Notes under the pieces: model-generated
What the model saw: only the letters and a program-made list of their open reading frames with translations
What the model was told of the DNA's origin: nothing
Database searches by the model: none
NCBI GenBank assembly: GCA_963829925.1
Contig: CAWHKQ010000004.1
Coordinates: forward strand, 272,741-336,740
Reading direction: 5' to 3'
Length of the DNA stretch: 64,000 nucleotides
Source: an uncultured Acidobacteriota bacterium
Lineage (GTDB): Bacteria > Acidobacteriota > Thermoanaerobaculia > UBA5066 > Gp7-AA6
Part shown: piece by piece, positions 33,917-44,724 of the stretch
How positions within the stretch are numbered: position 1 is the stretch's first letter
Layout of the letters: the number at the start of each line of letters is the position of its first letter
Translations under genes and position numbers: made by a program

Positions 33917-34341
33917 TCAGTGGACGCCGCCCGTCAGGTGGACGATCGCGGTCCAGAGACCCGGCTGAACCGAAAAGTCAGCAGCGGGACCACGATGGCC
34001 AACGCGCCCCACGCGGCCAGCGTGACGGGCAGCGGCCAGCGCGGGGCGAACGCCGAGGCGATCATGAGACCGAACGCGACGACGAAGGTGTTGATGTCGA
34101 GAGAGTCCGACCCATTGCCCGTGCTCGCGCGCAAAGCCGACGCCGCAGACACGAGCAGGTCTCGTGCATCCGGAAGTACGTCCGAAAGAGCCGTCCCTGG
34201 CCGCAGACGGGGCAGCGGAGGCGCAGGCCGCGCCAGACGACCTTGCGCCAGTAGCCCTCGCGGCCAGCCGGTGCGATGGTGCCGCGCCGTCGTGCCGCGC
34301 CAGGGAAGAACGGGAGGCGGATCGGGCTCCGGGGCGGCCAT
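33917..34341 (-). CDS. DUF983-family small membrane zinc-ribbon protein, about 2 frame breaks
   Basis: GYWRKVVWRGLRLRCPVCGQGRLFRTYFRMHETCS (CPxCG ribbon) from ORF 34062..34418. The TM segments INTFVVAFGLMIASAF...LAAWGALAIVVPLLTFRFSR come from ORF 33934..34743. Confidence 0.65.
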
Positions 34342-34354
34342 GGGAGGTCCGATC

Positions 34355-35317
34355 TTACTCCGGGGGCGGCTCGCGGCGCCAGAGCAGAGCGAAATCCTCT
34401 GTCCCTCCCTCGCGACACCGAGCCCCGTTCGGGCGAGGTCCGGCCTCGCGCCCTCGTCCCACAGCAGGCGGTTCGTGTGGTTCAGGTGCACGAAGAAGAC
34501 GCGGCCGCCGGCCTGCGGCATCCCGGCCAGGCGCGCCGCGTTTCCGGGACCAGAGCGGATGAGGGATCTCCGCGATCGAGCGGCCGGGGATTTCGTCGGC
34601 CGAGAAGAACGTGCCGTCGACGAACGCGACAGCGCGGGATCCGCGAGAAACGCCTTGGAGGCGTCCGGTCCCATTTCTCCCATTTGTCGATGTCGGGCAG
34701 CCAGAGGATGTGCGCGTCGCGGGTCCCGGATGAGGAAGGCCACCGTGTCGGAGTCCTCGTCGCGGTGCGGAACGCGGATCGCCGTTGACGCGCAGGCTGG
34801 CGTGAGCGCGAACTCGACTCCCGGCGCGATCTCGCGGATCGCGATGTTGCTCTGCGAGACGAGCCGGCTCCAGGGCTGATTCTCGCGCAGGAACCTGCGC
34901 CATCGCCGGCGTGCAGATGACCGGGACGCCTCGGGCGCCGAGGACCTCGCGGCCGAGCTGCGCCAGGCCCAGGTAGTGCCCGATGTGGGCGTGCGTCAGG
35001 AGGATTCCGTCGGGGCGGCCGCCGAGTGCTCTCCATCTGGGCGGCGAAATCGGGAGTGGCGTCGACGAGGAAGCGTTGCCGGCCTCGGGATCGACAGGCC
35101 CAGCGAGGCGACGCGCACGCCGCTTGGCGGGTCCCGCCGCGCGGCGACGCAGAGCGGCTGGCGGCAGCCCGCGTGGGGCACGCCGCCGTCCTGCGCGATG
35201 CCGAGGACGACGGCCTCGAGGCCCGGTCCTTGGGCTCGGAGTGAGAACGAGGATGAGAAGCGCCGCGCCGACAAGCGCGTCGACAATGACTGTCGTCCCT
35301 AAACTGTAAACTCTCAA
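34355..35317 (-). CDS. MBL-fold hydrolase, PqqB/PhnP-like, several frame breaks
   Basis: Fragments read LEAVVLGIAQDGGVPHAGCRQPLCVAARRDP, GILLTHAHIGHYLGLAQLGREVLGARGVPVICTPAMA and VFFVHLNHTNRLLWDEG. Start (TTG at 35317) and stop are uncertain. Confidence 0.6.
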   Translation of the reverse strand: MRVYSLGTTVIVDALVGAALLILVLTPSPRTGPRGRRPRHRAGRRRAPRGLPPAALRRRAAGPAKRRARRLAGPVDPEAGNASSSTPLPISPPRWRALGGRPDGILLTHAHIGHYLGLAQLGREVLGARGVPVICTPAMAQVPARESALEPARLAEQHRDPRDRAGSRVRAHASLRVNGDPRSAPRRGLRHGGLPHPGPATRTSSGCPTSTNGRNGTGRLQGVSRGSRAVAFVDGTFFSADEIPGRSIAEIPHPLWSRKRGAPGRDAAGRRPRLLRAPEPHEPPAVGRGREAGPRPNGARCREGGTEDFALLWRREPPPE

Positions 35318-35328
35318 GGAGGAAGCTC

Positions 35329-35740
35329 ATGGCCCGTAAGAGTTTGTCCCGCTCGACCGCCGAGGCCCTCGGCCCGATCGTGGTGCCGCTGATGACCAAG
35401 GTGGCTTTGCCGATCGCGATCGAAAGCCTCCGCCGCGGCGGGAAGTTCGACACCGACCGGTTCTACGCCGAGGCCAGGGAGAGCCTCGCGAAGGGCTTCA
35501 AGAAGAGCCGGCCGGAGCTCGAGGATCTGAAGGAAGAGCTCTCGGAGCGCGGATCGGCGTCTCTACTAGGAAGCGCGCAAGCAGGGCGCCGATCTGCTCG
35601 AGGCAGCTCAGCGAGAGGGGCACTCGCTGGCCGAGGACTGGATGGGCGCGTCCCCCCCGCGCCGCCGTTTCCGCGTCGGCAAGGTGCTCGTCATTCTGGC
35701 CGTCGTCGGCGTCGTCGTCGCGCTGGTGGGCCGGAAGTGA
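35329..35740 (+). CDS. Hypothetical C-terminally membrane-anchored protein, one frame break near 35568
   Basis: AGGAGG precedes the ATG. Sequence is MARKSLSRSTAEALGPIVVPLMTKVALPIAIESLRRGGKFDTDRFYAEARESLAKGFKK..., then in another frame EARKQGADLLEAAQREGHSLAEDWMG...GKVLVILAVVGVVVALVGRK, with stop at 35738-35740. Confidence 0.45.
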
Positions 35741-35772
35741 CGCGCGGAGCGTGCAGGAGCGCGCCCCCGCGC

Positions 35773-35904
35773 GTCATCCCGAGGAGCGTAGCGACGAGGG
35801 ATCCCGAACTCGACAGAGGCCGCCGCGATCAAGCGCGGGATCCCTCGCTTCGCTCGGGATGACAGCTCTCGCCCGTCATGCCGAGGGTGACCGACGAGGC
35901 ATCG
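35773..35904. repeat. Cluster of three REP-like units of about 30 nt (GTCATCCCGAG..GCGAGGGATCC type), two in inverted orientation
   Basis: 35773-35805 is GTCATCCCGAGGAGCGTAGCGACGAGGGATCCC. The reverse complement of 35837-35863 is GTCATCCCGAGCGAAGCGAGGGATCCC. 35876-35904 is GTCATGCCGAGGGTGACCGACGAGGCATC. The cluster lies between convergent gene ends. Confidence 0.6.
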
Positions 35905-35920
35905 CGAGCCTGACCCGGCT

Positions 35921-37608
<1,688 letters not shown>

Positions 37609-37630
37609 AGGGCGGGGGAGTCTATACGAA

Positions 37631-38369
37631 TCAGGATGCCGGAGGAGCCTGGCTCCCCACGTTGATCCCCATCGTGCCGAGCAGCCGATTCTCGTAGCGC
37701 ACGTTGGCGAATCCCGCCGCCTGCATCATCCGCTCGACGCCGCGCTGCGCCGGAAAGCGCTTCGAGCGACGCGGGGATGTAGAGGTAGGTCTCGGGGTCG
37801 CCGTGAAAGAGCCAGCCCACGGCCGGCATCATCGTGTCCGGAGAAAAGCCTGGTAGAGGGCGCCGGCGAAGGCGCTGTCGGGCTTGCCGAAGTCCAGCAC
37901 CACCGCGCGGCCTCCGGGCGCGAGCACGCGGCGCATCTCCGCGACGGCCGCGTCGAGGTCCGCGACGTTGCGCAGGCCGTAGCTGACCGTGACGACGTCG
38001 AACGTGCCGTCGCGAAAGGGGAGCTGGAGCGCGTCGGCCTGGACGAATCCGCTCCTGCGGCCGCTCTCGCGCCGTGCGGCGCCGGCGCGACGGCGAGCAT
38101 CGGGAGCGTGAAGTCGGCCCCCGTCACCGGGCCCGCTCCGAATCGCTCGGCCAGAAAGCAGAGGTCGCCGCTGCCGCAGCACAGGTCGAGCACCCGGGCC
38201 CCCGGCGGACGCCCGACAGCGCCAGGCGCACCGTCTGCCGCTTCCAGCTCCGGTGCATCCCGAAGCTCATGACGTCGTTGACGAGGTCGTACCTCCACGC
38301 CAGCCGGGAGAACATCTCCCGCACCTTCGGCGCGCGCTTTTCGTCGTAAGACAGGTATTTGTTGGACAT
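37631..38369 (-). CDS. ubiE: Demethylmenaquinone / ubiquinone C-methyltransferase (UbiE/MenG family), several frame breaks
   Basis: [45 protein letters not shown]; SAM motif [11 protein letters not shown]; [49 protein letters not shown]. Confidence 0.8.
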
Positions 38370-38433
38370 ACCCGCGGGAACTATAGACGGCGGCCCGCAA
38401 CGGTGGCCCGCCTGTTGTAAAGTTTCCAATCCC

Positions 38434-40340
38434 ATGGCAGAACGAGCCCCGAAGCCCGTCAGCGCCGACGAGGCCCGCAAGGTCGCCGAAGAAGCGCGCG
38501 AGAGCGAGTGGAAGGCGCCCTCGTTCCTCAAGCAGATCTTCCTCGGCAACTTCCGCCTCGACCTCGTCCACCCTTTCCCGCGAGAAGCCGCCCGAGCGGC
38601 CCGAGTTCCGCGCGTTCATGGATCGGATGGAGCGCTTCCTCGCCGAGAAGGTCGACTCCGACGCGATCGACCGCGAGGGAAAGATCCCGCCCGCGGTCAT
38701 CGCCGGCCTCGCCGAGCTCGGCGCCTTCGGGATGAAGATCCCGAAGGAGTACGGCGGCCTCGGCTTCACGCAGCGCGAGTACGGCGACGCGATGAAGCTG
38801 ATCACGAGCCGCGACGGCAACCTCGTCACGCTCCTGTCGGCGCACCAGTCGATCGGCGTGCCGCAGCCGCTGAAGCTCTTCGGGACGCCCGAGCAGAAGA
38901 AGAAGTACCTCCCGCGCCTGGCGCGCGGCGCCGTCTCGGCGTTCGCCCTGACCGAGGCGCAGGTGGGCTCGGACCCGGCCAACCTCGCGACGACCGCGAC
39001 GAAAACGCCGGACGGCGACTACATCCTCGACGGCGAGAAGCTCTGGTGCACGAACGGCACGATCGCGGAGCTCTTCGTCGTCATGGCGCGGCACCCCGAC
39101 ACGAAGAAGATCTCGGCCTTCATCGTCGAGAAGTCCTGGCCCGGCGTCGAGGTCGTCATCCGCTGCCACTTCATGGGGCTGAAGGCGATCGAGAACGGCG
39201 TCATCCGGTTCACGAACGTGCGCGTCCCGAAGGAGAACCTCCTCTGGGGCGAGGGCAAGGGCCTGAAGCTCGCGCTCGTCACGCTCAACACCGGCCGGCT
39301 GACGCTGCCCGCGTCTTGCGCCGCGGGCGCGCAAGCGCTGCCTCGAGATCTGCCGCGAGTGGTCGAACGAGCGGGTCCAGTGGGGCCAGCCCGTCGGCCG
39401 CCACGACGCGATCGCGCAGCTCCTGGCCGAGATGGCGGCGACGACCTTCGCGATGGAGGCCGATCAGCGGATCTCGCCTCGTCCATGGCCGACATGGCCG
39501 ACCGCGACATCCGCCTCGAGGCGGCGGTCGCCAAGATGTGGAACTCCGAGGAAGGCTGGAAGATCGTCGACCGCGACTCTGCAGATTCGCGGCGGCCGCG
39601 GCTACGAGACGGCGGACTCGCTGCGCGCCCGCGGCGAGGCGCCGATCCCGGTCGAGCGGATGCTCCGCGACTTCCGGATCAACCTCATCTTCGAGGGCTC
39701 CTCGGAGATCATGCGCCTCTTCATCGCGCGCGAGGCCGTCGACACGCACCTCACGATCGGCCGGCGAGTTCGCCGAATCCGAAGGCGTCCTTCGCGGCGA
39801 AGCTCGGCGGCGCTTCCGAAGATGGCGGCGTTCTACGGCTGGTGGTACCCATCCGCTGGCTCGGCTGGGGCGCACTGGCCCCGCTTCTCCGAGTTCGGGC
39901 CGCTCGCCGGCCACGTCCGTTACGTCGAGCGCACGACCCGCCGGCTCGCGCGGACGATCTTCCACCTCATGCTGCGCCACGGCCCCAAGCTCGAGAAGCG
40001 CCAGGCCCTGCTCTTCCGCGCCGTCGACATCGGCGCCGACCTCTTCGCCATGAGCGCCGCGCTCTCCCGCGCCGACCAGCTCCGCCGCGCCGGGCGCCGC
40101 CGAGGCCCCGCAAGGCCGTCGAGCTCGCCGACATCTTCTGCCGCGGCATCGCGCCGCCGCATCGCCGAACACTTCCGCGGCATCAGCTCCAACGACGACG
40201 TGGCGAAGTACCGGACCGCGCGGCGTCTGCTCGACGGCGAGTTCGCGTTGCTCGAGGAGGGGATGGTGCCGATGGAGGGGGAGCCCGAAGCCCAGGCCGC
40301 GCCAGTGCCATCGCCCTCGACTCGCGTCGCGACGCGCTGA
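38434..40340 (+). CDS. Large acyl-CoA dehydrogenase (FadE-like, about 635 codons), several frame breaks
   Basis: IPKEYGGLGFTQREYG...SAHQSIGVPQPLKLFGTPEQKKKYLPRLARGAVSAFALTEAQVGSDPANL...GEKLWCTNGTIAE...; later QIRGGRGYETADSL...PVERMLRDFRINLIFEGSSEIMRLFIAREA. Confidence 0.8.
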
Positions 40341-40385
40341 GGCGCCAGGATCTCGTAGTCACCCAGGCGGGTCCCGGGGCCAGCG

Positions 40386-43003
40386 TCATTTCGTTCCTGC
40401 GACGAGCTTCTCGAACCGCGGGTTGCCACGTAGGGGAGCGAAGCTGGGATCGATCCTGAGCCAGGCGGGCGTGAATGGGCCGTTCGGGAGCTTCACCGTC
40501 AGCTCGAGTTGATCGAGCGCCTTCTCCGGTTCGCCGACATGCGCGTAGATCACCGCAAGGTTGAGACGGTACCAGGCGCCGTTCCACGTATCAGCGGGAA
40601 CGAGAGCGACCGCGCGCTCTCCTTCACGAATTGCCTCGCCCTTGTGATGCAGATAGGCGAGCGCCCGGCCCAGGTCGGCGTGCGTCTTGGCGCGTCTCGG
40701 CGCCACGCTGAGCTGCTCTTCGAGAGCCTTTCGGCTCTCTTCGGCGGAAACGTGCGCGTTCGCGACATCTCCCCGGAGAAGGTGGGCCTCCGCGAGGCAA
40801 ATGCCCCAGGTGGCGCGATTGTCGTCGAAGGCGCTCGGTGGAAGACGCAAGAGCAGGTCGCGCTGGCCTTGGTCGAGTACCCAGGCTCCGATGAAGGACG
40901 CTGCGTATGCTACGAACCTCGTCTGATCAAGCGCTTGTGCCGCGTGCTGAAGTGCGGCCTGGGCCTTCTCCAGGTCACCCTCACCAAGGTAAGTCATAGC
41001 CTTCGTTCCGATGAGAACCAGATGGGCCGGTTCGAGCAGGAGCCCGCGATCCAGAACTTCGCGCGCTTCCGAATAACGGCGCTGGCTCAGGAGGGCCGAG
41101 CCGAGAAAGATCTTCGGATCGATCGCGCGGGGATCGAGGAGCTCGGCATGTCGATAGTTCTTCATCGCATCCTGCCAACGCCCGAGGTTCACTTCGATGG
41201 CTCCCCGGGTCACCAGGATGTTCGAGTTGCTCGGAGCGAGCCGCTGGGCCTTTGCAACCTGATCCAGGCCGCGCTCGAGATCCTCGAGGACGAGCCAGAG
41301 GTACGTACCGGAGGCGTGATACCCCTCCGCGCTTTCCGGAGCGAGCTTCATGGCCTTCTCCGCTCCCTGTCGAGCGCGTTCCGCAAGCTCTGACGTGGGG
41401 GTCTCGGTTCCGTAGAGCCACGAGCTCACGACGGAGAGATTGGCCCACGCGTGCGCAAACCCGGGATCCAGCGCAACGGCTTGCTCATAGAACCCGAGCG
41501 CCTTTCTCTCCTGATCAAGCCCCCAGTACGCCTGTTCGCCCTTGAGAAAGGCGTCGTAGGCTGCGAGATTCCCAGTAGGCGTGGCCGCCAGGCGGCGTTC
41601 GTCGTCCGACCGCAGCGCCAGACCCAGCGCGTGCGCGGTGCGCGAAGCGATATCGGATTGCACCTGAAAGACATCCGTCATCGGCGCGTCGAAGGGCTGC
41701 TGCCACTTCGACCTCGGGGCGCCGGCGCCGACGATCTCGACGAGCTCGGGCCGAACCACAACTCGGCTAGCGCCCGGCGTCTTCTGCCATCGGACTGTTG
41801 CCGTCAGCAGATATCCAACCCCCAGCTCACGGGCAATCTCCTCAGGCTTCTTCGCGGTGTTCCTGTAAGGCGTCGAACTGGCACGGGCGATGACCTCTAA
41901 ACCGTGGATCAAGGTGAGCTTTCCGCGGACCTCGTCAGCCATTCCATCGGCGAAGTAGTCGTCCTCGGGAGCGCCGAGGTTCTCGAAGGGAAGGACCGCA
42001 ACGCGCTTGACGTCTGTAGTCTGGACTTTCGGCATTCGCTTCATCAGAAGGACGCCGACAGCCGCCAGGAGGACGAGAACCACGGCGGAGATAAGGGCTC
42101 TCCTCTTTCCAAGCGGAGTGGCCGCTTGCTTCCCGCTCGTGACCCTCAGATAGGACGCCTCGGTTAGGGCGAATGCGATGTCATGGGCCGACTGGAATCG
42201 CCGGTTGGGTTCCTTCTCGAGGCAGTGCGTGACGACGTGGCCGAGCGTGACCGGGACGCTCCGCTCGAACTCGGAGAGTTCCGTCGGATCCTCTTTGAGG
42301 ATCGCCGACATCGTGTCCGCGGCGGTGTCCCGTCGAAAGGCCCTTTTCCCGGACAGAAGCTCGTACAGGACCGCTCCGAACGAGAAGATGTCCGAGCGGT
42401 GATCGACCGGAAGCCCCCGCACCTGCTCAGGAGACATGTATCCCAGCGTTCCCATGACCGTTCCCGGCTCGGTGTGACCCGGAAGCCGTGGGAGCGCTGG
42501 TCTCCTCTCCGGGCGCCACCTTCTCGACCCGCTTGGCCAGGCCGAAATCGAGGATCTTGAGATGGCCGTCTTTCGTGACGAAGATGTTTTCGGGTTTCAG
42601 GTCCCGGTGGACAACGCCCCTCTCGTGCGCGGCCGAGAGACCCTTCGCGACCTGGAGTCCATAATCGATCGCCTGTTTTTGAGGGATCGGCCCGGTGTCG
42701 AGCTTGGCCCGGAGCGTCTCGCCGTCCAGAAGCTCCATCACGGCATAAGCGATGCCATCATGAGTTCCGAAATCATGAATCGCGAGGATGTGTGGATGAG
42801 AGAGGGCTGCAACCGCCTTGGCCTCACGCTCGAACCTCGAAAGCGCCTCGGGGCTCGAGCTCAAATGATCAGGGAGAACCTTGATCGCGACGTCGCGGTC
42901 GAGCTTCTGGTCCCTTGCCCGGTAAACCTCTCCCATCCCGCCCGCGCCCAGAGGCGCGACGATCCTCGTAGGGGCCCAAATGAGTGCCTGCGGCGAGCGT
43001 CAC
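40386..43003 (-). CDS. Ser/Thr protein kinase with TM segment, TolB-N-like and TPR C-terminal region; 2 frame breaks
   Basis: [57 protein letters not shown]; then [30 protein letters not shown]...ADGMADEV, and TPR repeats. Breaks are at the CC run 42964-42965 and near 42478-42482. Confidence 0.85.
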
Positions 43004-43347
43004 TTCGCTCCGCTACCGGAGTTCCCCGGGCCGCTGTGCAGGGTCAGACATACTGATCGGACGCTGCGCAGAGTCTAACCCGTCGCACTCGGCCGTTGTG
43101 TGAGTACCCGATCGTCCAGTCGCGCTCCCGGCGAAGGCCTTGCCGCACTCCGGAAGCCAGCGGCTGGCCGCAGGTTTCTCTCAGCGGATCCCTTGCGCCG
43201 CGCTATCTTCCAGCTGATGCTGCGCCAACATCCCAAGTTCGAGAACTGACAGGCGCTCCCTTGCCGCGCTGTCGGCATTGGCGTAGAACTCTTCGCCCCG
43301 CCGCGCGCGGCGTCCGTCTAGCGGGTCTCGGCCGAGCTCCGACTTCG

Positions 43348-44664
43348 GTGAAGAAGGCCCTCGTCGGCTCGGCGATTCTCGCGGCGCTTGCGGTCGGGAT
43401 CGTTTACGGGTTCGCGGCCTACAAACAACGCTGGTTCCCCTACCGGCTGCTGCGGAATGCCTATCGCTCGACCCGGCCGGCGACGATGCCCCATCGCGTC
43501 GTGCAGCCCGGCGATGCGTCCCGGCTCGCGCAGCGCGAGCATGTGGGCGCGCTGGCTCAGCTTCCGTACCTGCAGGGATACAACCCGGCGGCGAATCAGA
43601 AGGGCGTGGTCGTGCACGACCCGGCGCGTGCCGACCGGGGCTGGAACCTGGCTGTCTCCGCGCACGACGCGCAGGCGCATTTGCTCGACATGGCCGGAGC
43701 CCTCCATCACCGGTGGGCGCTCGACTCCCGCTCGGTCTGGCCAGACCTGAAAGCGCGCGGAGACGGATCCGGCTACGACCGGTACTGGAGGCGGGCGGAG
43801 CTGCTGCCTGGCGGCGATCTCCTGGTGGTGTGGGAGTACATCGGGATCGCCCGGATCGACCGCCAGTCGCGCCTCAAGTGGGCCGCGCGCAACGCGGCGC
43901 ACCACGACCTCGCCGTGGCCGGGGACGGCAGGATCTACGTCCTCACGCAGGAATCGAAAATCGTTCCCGAAGTCAATCCCGACGATCCGATCTTCGAGGA
44001 CTTCGTCACGATGCTGAGCCCCGACGGCCAGGCCCTCGGAAAGATCTCCCTGCTTTCAGCTTTCGATCGGTCCGACTATGCCGCCGTGCTCGCTCCCATG
44101 CAGAGCGAAGGGGACGTTTTCCACGCCAATTCCATCCAGATCCTCGACGGCTCGCTCGCGAGCCGCTCGCCCGCGTTCGCCGCCGGCAACCTGCTCGTGG
44201 GGCTGCAGGCGCTCAACGCGATCGTCATCCTCGACCCGCGGACCGCGAAGATCGTCTGGGCCCTCTCGGGCCAATGGCGCGCGCAGCACGCGCCGCACAT
44301 TCTCGCCAACGGCCGGATGCTTCTCTTCGACAACTTCGGCGGCATGCGCGCCGACGCCTCGCGGGTGCTCGAGGTCGACCCGTTCACGCAGGAGATCGCC
44401 TGGCGTTACGGCGAGAAAGAGGGGCAGCGCATCTTCTCGCAGTCCAACGGCGGCGCCCAGCGGCTCCCCAACGGCAACACCCTCGTCGTGGAATCCAACG
44501 CCGGCCGCGCGATCGAGGTGACGCCGGACGGCGAGACCGTCTGGGAGTACGTCAACCCGTTCCGCGCGGGCGAGAAGAAGGAGCTGCAGGCCACGCTGAC
44601 CCAGCTCACTCGACTGCCGGCGGAGCTTCCCATCGATTGGGCGGACCACCCCGGCCAGCGGTAG
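43348..44664 (+). CDS. Arylsulfotransferase (ASST)-family beta-propeller protein with N-terminal membrane anchor
   Basis: GTG at 43348 gives VKKALVGSAILAALAVGIVYGF. Further sequence reads HLLDMAGALHHRW, FHANSIQILDG, LNAIVILDPRTAKIVWALSG, HAPHILANGRMLLFDN, RLPNGNTLVVESNAGRAIEVTPDGETVWEY. Frame intact. Confidence 0.7.
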   Translation: MKKALVGSAILAALAVGIVYGFAAYKQRWFPYRLLRNAYRSTRPATMPHRVVQPGDASRLAQREHVGALAQLPYLQGYNPAANQKGVVVHDPARADRGWNLAVSAHDAQAHLLDMAGALHHRWALDSRSVWPDLKARGDGSGYDRYWRRAELLPGGDLLVVWEYIGIARIDRQSRLKWAARNAAHHDLAVAGDGRIYVLTQESKIVPEVNPDDPIFEDFVTMLSPDGQALGKISLLSAFDRSDYAAVLAPMQSEGDVFHANSIQILDGSLASRSPAFAAGNLLVGLQALNAIVILDPRTAKIVWALSGQWRAQHAPHILANGRMLLFDNFGGMRADASRVLEVDPFTQEIAWRYGEKEGQRIFSQSNGGAQRLPNGNTLVVESNAGRAIEVTPDGETVWEYVNPFRAGEKKELQATLTQLTRLPAELPIDWADHPGQR

Positions 44665-44724
44665 TCCACGCTGTGCCGCAGGTTTCTCTCGGGGGAGCGC
44701 TCCCGTCGCGCTAGACTCCCTCCC

